Below, in pieces: positions 56,174 to 64,000 of a stretch of DNA of 64,000 nt. Source of the DNA: Nitrospirota bacterium (GTDB taxonomy: Bacteria > Nitrospirota > UBA9217); the NCBI GenBank assembly GCA_963796285.1, contig CAWCKW010000012.1, forward strand, positions 768,001 through 832,000. Direction: 5' to 3'. The stretch's first letter is position 1, and each line of letters starts with the position of its first letter. The notes beneath the pieces were generated by a model. It had not been told where the DNA came from, did no database searches, and was given only the letters and a program-made list of their open reading frames with translations. Made by a program: the position numbers and the translations under genes.

Positions 56174-57328
56174 CTAATCGTGGAAATGATGGTTCATCAC
56201 GGCTCTTTCAACAAAACTCTTATATTCATGCTGAAAGCGTTTTCTTCCAAATCGTTCTGCATTGTTTCGCAACAGTATCGGAGAAAAATTCCTGCCAATT
56301 TGTTCAAATTTATCGACAGCATTCTGAATATCCGCGGACGTCTGTTCAAAGAAAAAGATGCCGGTCTCACCTTCAATAACGGTTTCCAATGCGCCTCCCC
56401 TGCCGAAGGCGATAACAGGCGTTCCACATGCCTGCGATTCGACGGGCAAAATGCCGAAATCTTCCTCAGCAGCAAAAATAAAAGCTTTCGCTCTTTGAAG
56501 ATACTTGATAAGAACATCCTGAGATTGATACCCGAGCAATACTATATTTGAACTTGCCGTCGATTTAATCTCGTTAAAACCGGGACCGTCTCCTATTACG
56601 ACAAGCTGTCGGTCGGGCATATGAGCAAAGGCTTCAACGATCAGATTGATCCTTTTGTAGGGGACGATTCGAGAGGCTGCCAGATAGTAATCATCCTTCT
56701 CAGTGCACAGGCCAAATCGCTCAACATCGACGGGAGGATAGATGACCGTGGATTCTCTCTCGTAGGCCCGTTTGATACGATCGGCGATATACCGGGAGTT
56801 GGCGATGAAATGGTCCACGCCCTCAGCCGTCCTGGCGTCCCATGCCTGCAGACGATCCAGAATGCGTCTCGCCGCGTATCCTCGTATGCCCTTGTCAAGT
56901 CGGGCTTCCCGTAGATACTGTTCCTTCAAATCCCATGCGTACCGCATGGGAGTGTGACAGTAACAGATATGGAGTTGTCCGCTTCGTTTTCGGACCCCTT
57001 TGGCAACAGCGTGAGATGAAGACAGAATAATGTCATATTTCGACAGATCAAAGCGTTCCACAGCGTATGGCATGAACGGAAGATAGGAGCGGTATTTCGA
57101 CCTCGCACAAGGAAGATACTGGATGAAGGAGGTATAGGCCTTTTTACCGAGAAGCGCACCCCGGTCAGCTTCCGGTAAAAAATCGACCAGACTGTACAGA
57201 TCTGCGTCTGGATAAAGGGTCAGAATCTGCTCAACGACGCTCTCTGATCCGGCGAATGTAATCAGCCACTCATGAACAACTGCAATCGTGTTGATAGCGG
57301 CCTGAGAATGGATCACTCCTCCAACCAT
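56174..57328 (-). CDS. Glycosyltransferase family 4 (WbaZ-like mannosyltransferase)
   Basis: VHEWL..AGSE, YCHTPMRYAWD, EDFGILPVESQACG. Confidence 0.9.
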   Translation of the reverse strand: MVGGVIHSQAAINTIAVVHEWLITFAGSESVVEQILTLYPDADLYSLVDFLPEADRGALLGKKAYTSFIQYLPCARSKYRSYLPFMPYAVERFDLSKYDIILSSSHAVAKGVRKRSGQLHICYCHTPMRYAWDLKEQYLREARLDKGIRGYAARRILDRLQAWDARTAEGVDHFIANSRYIADRIKRAYERESTVIYPPVDVERFGLCTEKDDYYLAASRIVPYKRINLIVEAFAHMPDRQLVVIGDGPGFNEIKSTASSNIVLLGYQSQDVLIKYLQRAKAFIFAAEEDFGILPVESQACGTPVIAFGRGGALETVIEGETGIFFFEQTSADIQNAVDKFEQIGRNFSPILLRNNAERFGRKRFQHEYKSFVERAVMNHHFHD

Positions 57329-57452
57329 TTGAATGTATCCCTTCCTTTAAGAAAGACATGAATCTGGGCGTCGCAGTTTTATGGAAAAGGTTGCGAAGAA
57401 AGCCGCAATGCGCGCCCAATAGGATGAAGAGCTTCTCTGCATGCCTGCGTCA

Positions 57453-58883
57453 TCATGGCCGGATGAAGGCTTCCTTTAATTGTTTCAGATCCTGAATCGA
57501 AAGTATTTTTGTCGCAAGGATGAGGAGCACATATGAGGCAACGGCTGTCGGCAAAATTATTATAAGTCCAGAGCCCTTGATTGCAAGTAATACGAGAGCC
57601 AATAACGCGCCGCACAAGAGCGGCTTCAATCCGTCAACCAAAAAACGCGAACTTGTAAAATATTTTACCGCAAAGGTGGCAGTCATCGCAAAAAATATCA
57701 TGTCCGTCACTACGGTCGCTATGCTTGATCCAATATATCCATACCGGGGTATGAAGAATAAATTCAATACAACGTTCAGGATCAAACACAAAAAAGCGAA
57801 TATCGCATTTAACATCTGTTTGTTCGCAATCACGATTAAATTCAAAAAAAGAACGTTCGGGAATATAAAAAGAGACGTCCAAATAATGATGTTCAAAGCA
57901 ACGGTACTGTCTGAATATTCAGCGCCGTAAATAATTTGAATGATTGCCTGAGATGATGTGACCGTTACGACGACGATGAATATCACAATAAGAAGAAGAA
58001 CTTGGAATGACTTCCTGAATGTCGACTCAAGCTCTAACTTCCGATTTTTTGATAAGTCCGCGAGGATGGGGAACAGTCCGCCGACTAATATTGCCGGGAT
58101 CACATTCAAGACCTCGATAAGCCTGATTGCTGCCGAGTATATGCCGATATCAGAATTGCTGCTGCCGAACATTGACAGCATGACAACATCCACCTTGAAG
58201 TAAACCAGAGCGAAAATAGAAGTTAAAGCCATGGGGAGTGCTTTGTAAAGCATTGATCTCAATGCCTTCCAATCCAGTTCAAGCTCGATGCGTATGACTC
58301 CTTTTTTTATATAATAATACGATATGAATACCGCTATGAACGAAGCAAGTATCATGCAACTCATCATAGGTATGATCCTGCCGACGACGAGAAGCGCCGT
58401 CAAGCCTAACAATGACACGAGCACTTTATTGGTTACTTTGATAGCCGCATCTATATCCATGCGCTCATAGGCATTTGAGAGAGCGATAAAAAAATCAAAG
58501 TAACAGTTAAGTATCAAATAGATGCCCATGACCAGAACAACTGTTATCGTGTGTTGATCGTATCCGAAAAGTAGTAGGGCGTTCCAAAGAAGTAAAAAGG
58601 TGATAATGGAGAGCAGCATTTTGACAGTAAAGATATTGTTGCTGTATTTTTGGGCCAGTGACCTGTCTCTTGCAACATCTCTCGTCAGCAATATATTCAA
58701 GCCAGGATCAACAAGAAGGACGAATATCCCGGCAAAAGAAAAAGCAAAGGAAAAAAGACCGAAATCGGAGGCCCCGAGATGTCTGGCCATGTAAATGAAA
58801 AAGAACAAGTATACGAACCGAGAAAGGATCTCCGCTATTGCTTTATAGAAAATGTTTTTTCCTGCCCTTCTCAGGTTGCTCAA
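57453..58883 (-). CDS. Wzx-type oligosaccharide flippase
   Basis: 12-14 TM segments, ARHLG..DFG, D.GL...R.VA, D.VML, G.YSAA, IP.YG..G. Confidence 0.9.
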   Translation of the reverse strand: MSNLRRAGKNIFYKAIAEILSRFVYLFFFIYMARHLGASDFGLFSFAFSFAGIFVLLVDPGLNILLTRDVARDRSLAQKYSNNIFTVKMLLSIITFLLLWNALLLFGYDQHTITVVLVMGIYLILNCYFDFFIALSNAYERMDIDAAIKVTNKVLVSLLGLTALLVVGRIIPMMSCMILASFIAVFISYYYIKKGVIRIELELDWKALRSMLYKALPMALTSIFALVYFKVDVVMLSMFGSSNSDIGIYSAAIRLIEVLNVIPAILVGGLFPILADLSKNRKLELESTFRKSFQVLLLIVIFIVVVTVTSSQAIIQIIYGAEYSDSTVALNIIIWTSLFIFPNVLFLNLIVIANKQMLNAIFAFLCLILNVVLNLFFIPRYGYIGSSIATVVTDMIFFAMTATFAVKYFTSSRFLVDGLKPLLCGALLALVLLAIKGSGLIIILPTAVASYVLLILATKILSIQDLKQLKEAFIRP

Positions 58884-58965
58884 GGTGAGCTCTCTTTCAT
58901 AAAATGACGTTTTCCTGCCACAACATGCGGGAGCATGGCATGCACCCACCCACGCTCAGCTGAAT

Positions 58966-59813
58966 CTAACTAAATAAAAGCTTCTTGATCAGCCGGGGAA
59001 GCGATCCCAACCATGCCTGCGGTCCAAGTTGGTCAATCATGAATCGGTGATTGAACAAATAGTCCTTGAACCATTGGGACTTTCCCGCCCGGCTGCCTCC
59101 GGAAGAAACTTCATGATGGATGACGATGGCATCTCCCCGGTATTGACCGAATTTGCCTTTCTTCGCCATTCGAATACCGAACTCGGATTCGAATAAATAG
59201 GCATTTCCGCGAAAGCGGTCATTGAAACCACCCAGATCGGTGAAGGATGAGCGCCTGACAGCCATGTTACAACCCCGTGCCGAATTGATCACACAGAACC
59301 CCGGCTGATCTACATTGCCGAATATCAGCCCGATTTTGTTCGTCCAGGCAACTATGCGTCCATTCAGTTTTTTATCCCGGGCTACGAATAAGCCGAAAAA
59401 ACATTCAACCATGATCCGGATCCAGTCTGAAAAAGAAGTTGTTCCCTTTGCTATACGGACTTCTCGGCCCGTGGTATACGTTAATTCAGGATCCTGGGAG
59501 AATGCGTCAAGATGCGATTCAAGCCATCCGAAATGGGGTACCGCATCGTCATCCAAAATAAGCACGATGTCAGCTTGAGAGCTGAAGATGCAGCGATTTA
59601 GCGTCGGTGTCGTACCGGGCGAGGACAACATAATGATACGCAATCGAGGGTCCTGCTCCATTTGTTTTACGAAAACCTCAGGCACAATCCCCTGGAGTCC
59701 AAGGCAGATTGGATATCCGGATAAATCATCCTGATCTCTTTCAGCGTTATTCGCAGGGTGTCTATTCTGTTATAGCTCGGGATAACCAGTTCCGCGGTCA
59801 AGTTTTGCTTCAA
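58966..59813 (-). CDS. Glycosyltransferase family 2, frameshift near 5' end
   Basis: VIPSYNR, LDDD, GCNMAVRR, GGF; AGGAGG RBS before TTG. Confidence 0.8.
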
Positions 59814-59871
59814 AATTAACGTTCCTCCTTAGACCTGACCATAGAAGGCCGTCAATCGTCGGCGTACGGCA

Positions 59872-60711
59872 TCAGATCTTATGAGATATTCTTCTTGAGA
59901 CATTATTATACAGGAGCTTTAGACGCGCTAGAACGCTTATGCTGACGGTTTTTTCCAATACTCTCTTTACGAATGTAACGATAATGCTTTTCAACAGGCG
60001 GATGAAGACGAACATCCATAAATATCTGCTGAAAAGGCCAAAACGTCGCTTTAGGACAAGTAATATTTCACGATACGATGCGAGAACGTGCGTGTAGGTT
60101 GCTCCCGTATTTCCGAATGTTACAAAAAACCTGCCAGTCGGAATGAATTGTACCCCGCTGCGAATCGCATCCACTAAAAAAGCGTAATCTGCGGCAAATT
60201 TCAACGATGTATCGTAGAGCAATGGTATTCGATAGATATCCCGTGAGACAAACATCGCCTGATGACAGATGCTCATCCCTCTCCAGAATTTCAAATCGGA
60301 CCGAAATTCAGTCCTCACCTGCATGCGGTCATCAAGGATATAATATTCTCCGTATATAATAGCTCTTTCCTTGGTCCCAGAATTCCGGTATGTCTCGGCA
60401 ACGCACGCCAGAGCGCCCTGCTCGTAATAATCATCACTGTTCAGCAGGGCGATGAGGTCGCCTGTTGCTATTGCGATTCCCTTGTTCATCGCATCATAGA
60501 TGCCTTTGTCCGGCTCGCTGATCCAGTATGCGATCTTGTCTACATTTTTTTGGACAATTTCCAGAGTGCCGTCGGTCGATCCACCGTCAATGATGATATA
60601 TTCGATTTTCTCATAGGATTGATCGAGAACACTTTTCATAGCGCGTTCGAGAGTTTGTTCTCCATTTCGGACGACGGTAATGACGCTGATTAACGGGTCT
60701 TTTGAATGCAT
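59872..60711 (-). CDS. Glycosyltransferase family 2
   Basis: ISVITVV.N, IDGGSTDGT, GIYDAMNKG, LNSDD, HQA. Confidence 0.9.
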   Translation of the reverse strand: MHSKDPLISVITVVRNGEQTLERAMKSVLDQSYEKIEYIIIDGGSTDGTLEIVQKNVDKIAYWISEPDKGIYDAMNKGIAIATGDLIALLNSDDYYEQGALACVAETYRNSGTKERAIIYGEYYILDDRMQVRTEFRSDLKFWRGMSICHQAMFVSRDIYRIPLLYDTSLKFAADYAFLVDAIRSGVQFIPTGRFFVTFGNTGATYTHVLASYREILLVLKRRFGLFSRYLWMFVFIRLLKSIIVTFVKRVLEKTVSISVLARLKLLYNNVSRRISHKI

Positions 60712-60845
60712 CCGAGGAGGCACGCCTTCCTGAAAGAGATACCCTCCGTGAGGCGATACTACGTTATCAGGAATTATGGACGGGGTTTTCCCCATATGGT
60801 TAAAGATCAGCTCCATTTCTTCTGGCTGTGTTCAAATCGAACAGA

Positions 60846-62083
60846 CTACGAGGTACTTCTCTTTTTTGAATTTTGCCATGGATCAAATAGTAATATACTA
60901 TCAATGTACTGTATAACTGTTTCGGGTAAGATATCATGAATGGTATAAGGCGATGCGTATCGAAACAGAAGAGCGTTCTCTCGACTGCGTTCTGTCGACA
61001 AATCGATTTGAGGCGGATAGAGAGAGACAAATTTATACTGGATCTGTTCTGGATAGGGAGCAAATCTTCCGAAGTGCTGTCCCGTAAAAAAGGAGATCAC
61101 CGGGACTCCAGAACATGCACACATGTGAGCTGCTCCGGTATCACTGCCGATATATAATGAAGACTGAAACAGCAAATAAAGTAAATCAACCAGGTTCAAC
61201 GTTCCTGTTACATTCGTTATGCGCTTATGAGGAAATTCTACGTATTGCAATATGGCCGCAGCGTGCTTGACGTCTTGCTTGCTTCCCGCAATATAAATGT
61301 GATGATGGTGATTGTCAAGCAAATGGTTTAAGACCTTGCCGTACGATTCATAATCCCAGACTTTAAAGGACTGCCCTCCTCCCGGGAAGACAACAACGTA
61401 TTTCTCATTTTGGCCTGATGATAATATACTCGGCTTTCTATCGATATTTAATGATAATGACGGCCTCGATATTTCTAATTGTTCGCCGAGCAGTTGGCTG
61501 AAGAAATCTTTATTCCTGTAGAACTCAAAAATGGGCGTGCCCACAGAAGGAGCAATAAATGCTGAATAGATATTATCACCCTTCCCCAACTGGTCTTCGT
61601 TTATATTTGCCGTATCTCCGCGATATCCTATTTTCTGTGCGGCATTCAATGCTTTCATAATGGAATCATCGACAAAATCGCGTGAGTAAGCGGGACCACG
61701 GCAATTTCAACCGCGAAGAATCTCAGCCGAATAAAGATATAATAGCGATAAATTGGATTGCGCAAGAAATGTTTTTTGTTTATCCAAATCGCTTTGTGAA
61801 AATACTGCCCATCTAAAAACAACGATAAGTCTTTCCATAAACTGTTCCCGACAAAATATATCTTATTATCCCTGTAAACAGTGCTTTCGATCAGACATGA
61901 AATAAAATTCCGAAACAGAATATAATCCCCTATCCCGTCTACACGAACGAGAGCGATGGTCTTTCGTTGAATAGATACAGGCACGAACCATAATATTCTA
62001 TATGCGAATAAGTCGACATAAGACTTGATTCTTCTGAATATGGAACGCAATGCACCCGTCTGATTTGGATTTTTGTTGTTCAA
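60846..62083 (-). CDS. Glycosyltransferase family 9, one frameshift
   Basis: RVDGIGDYILFRNF, GSDTGAAH, FAPYP. Confidence 0.82.
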
Positions 62084-62850
62084 TCTGTACCAGCTTTGAG
62101 CAGATAATTACGAATTTTAACCAGAAATGGACGAACATAAAGAAAATAGGCGTATTGAAATGAGGAAAGATTATTATGACGCACGGCTAGCCATTCATAC
62201 ACCAGCATGTCGCGATTGTCCGGATTTGCCGTGAAACCATTCATATCATAGTATGCGATGGTTTCTGGAACATGTTTATAAGATACTTTGTGCCCGACAA
62301 TGCATCTCCATAAGAATTCGTAATCCGCAACGAATTTATAGCGTTCATCAAAATATCCATATTTGTCGAAAAGCACTTTTCTCACAAAGGTAGCCTGGTG
62401 ACATATCATGTTGCTGAGTAAATACTTGATCGAGATCGTATCCGAATAATTCTTTTGGACCTTTCTGTCTCCATAATCCTCAATAATATTCCCGAAGACA
62501 ATATCTTCAGTTCTTTCATCATCGTTAAATACTCGCCTCAGAGTATCCAGTTCGCATAGTTTATCTCCGGCATTTAAAAAATACACGTATTCCCCATCGG
62601 CAAGTGATATGCCTTTATTCATCGCATGCCAGATGCCCCTGTCATTTTCTGAAACGTATTTTGTTATCGAATCCCGATACGATTCTATGATTTCCAACGT
62701 CCCATCGACGGAGCCACCGTCTACCACGATATACTCATACCTGTCGAACGTTTGCTTGACAACGCTTTCAATCGTTTTCGCAATGTTGGCCGCTTCATTT
62801 TTACACGTGGTAATGATCGATAATTTCAGTTTCCGGGTCTTGATGTTCAT
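62080..62850 (-). CDS. Glycosyltransferase family 2
   Basis: LSIIT, VDGGS.DGT, AMNKG, LNAGD, HQATF. Confidence 0.9.
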   Translation of the reverse strand: MNIKTRKLKLSIITTCKNEAANIAKTIESVVKQTFDRYEYIVVDGGSVDGTLEIIESYRDSITKYVSENDRGIWHAMNKGISLADGEYVYFLNAGDKLCELDTLRRVFNDDERTEDIVFGNIIEDYGDRKVQKNYSDTISIKYLLSNMICHQATFVRKVLFDKYGYFDERYKFVADYEFLWRCIVGHKVSYKHVPETIAYYDMNGFTANPDNRDMLVYEWLAVRHNNLSSFQYAYFLYVRPFLVKIRNYLLKAGTD

Positions 62851-62883
62851 CCAGAGATCTCTATCCTTCTTCGGGGATGCTCG

Positions 62884-63763
62884 TTATTTGCCCAAAATCA
62901 TCCTGAGTATGAAGCGAGGCACATATTTTTTTAAACGTAACGCTAACGTTAATATTTTATAGTTAGTAGCGCCCTCTTCATCTGCACAGATCAACGACAA
63001 TCTGTGTTTTAAAGAAGCGTTCTCCAGTCTTAACTTGAAAGCGGCACGTAATAACGTAACCATATTATCACCATAGAGTTTTTCATGATGACGTACAAGG
63101 AGTTCATAGGTCTGCTTCTCTCTGGACTCCTCTGCCCCTCTTGCGCTTCTCTGTTCATGATCATGTTTTCTGTAAAAAAAAGAACCTCGGGTATTTGATA
63201 TACTTCGACGTCAAGTTCTAGGAGCGACAACCATAAATCCCAGTCCTCGCCGGCATAGAGATAATCTGTCTTATATTTGCCGGCTGCCATCCAGTCCTTT
63301 TTTCTGAATACAGCGGAAGTGAAAATTACATTCCGATAAAGCATCTCCTCTTTGGAAAAAGGCGGCCAATACCAGTCGCCGGACTCGCTGCCGAACATAT
63401 TTAATTTACAGTAAACAATGCCGATCCGCGGATTCCTGTCTAGCAGTTCCACGGCTTTTTGAAGATAGGTGGCTCCAATCTTATCGTCCGGATCCAGCGT
63501 AGGATGTAATCGCCAGCAGAACGTTCAATGCCAAAGTTTCTCGCTGCCGAAACACCTTGGTTCTTCGTTTGGAATATGCGAGTTTTCGGGCGCTGATAAT
63601 CCGCTAACAAGTTGTTTGTGTAGTCATCCGTAGAACCGTCGTTCACGATAATAATTTCGAAATTGCTGAAACTCTGATTCAAAACCGAATCGACAGCCTC
63701 GTCTATAAATTCCCCATAATTGTAACAAGGAATAATTATTGATACTCTAGGGTTTTTACCCAT
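62884..63763 (-). CDS. Glycosyltransferase family 2, frameshifted
   Basis: VSIIIPCYN, VNDGSTD, AARN.G, EDWDLW. Confidence 0.85.
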
Positions 63764-64000
63764 GTATATGACTCCTCTTAAGGATACTCTTGATATTCTT
63801 GAGAACATATATTGATTTCAGTATTAACCGTAATAATAAAGTAACAATCGTGCTACTCTTTTGTCCTCGAGTGCTCATCATCGCTTCGAGTAATGCCTTG
63901 AATGATCTCATGATACGATGCACGACGCTGATGCGACCTGTTCCGATAAATTCTTGCTTTTTAAGCGAAAGTACAAATGATTTAAATAAGACTTTATTAT
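63756..64000 (-). CDS. 3' end of an upstream glycan-cluster gene (truncated by window edge)
   Basis: Open frame ending ...LKRSHIHG* overlapping the next start. Confidence 0.35.
   Translation of the reverse strand, partial: NKVLFKSFVLSLKKQEFIGTGRISVVHRIMRSFKALLEAMMSTRGQKSSTIVTLLLRLILKSIYVLKNIKSILKRSHIHG

Overview
Bacterial chromosomal segment, probably from an anaerobic Gram-negative of the Nitrospirota/Desulfobacterota type (inferred from gene content and a Geobacter-like pilin). It appears to span the replication terminus: a dif site lies at 18711-18738, where gene orientation switches from mostly + to mostly -. Content: ybeY-dgkA/PAP2-roadblock, accA, fba, c-di-GMP-type proteins (PilZ, REC-GGDEF), tRNA-Leu, htpX, a DD-carboxypeptidase, Hsp20 remnant-lon-lipA, a long Kdo/lipid A/nucleotide-sugar operon, a type IV pilin locus with ABC transporter, futalosine menaquinone genes, miaB/mtaB, a BirA-controlled biotin operon, manC/PMM and an AT-rich glycan cluster. 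Many housekeeping genes at 21-26 kb and 40-64 kb carry single-base frameshifts, most likely long-read indel errors. The best candidate for an undescribed system is a two-gene module at 35593-37415, next to the pilin locus. It pairs a membrane GGDEF enzyme (GlrK/QseE-like periplasmic sensor, Asp-to-Ser change as in cGAMP-forming Hypr GGDEFs) with a QseG-like lipoprotein. All family assignments come from motif recognition by eye; no database searches were run.
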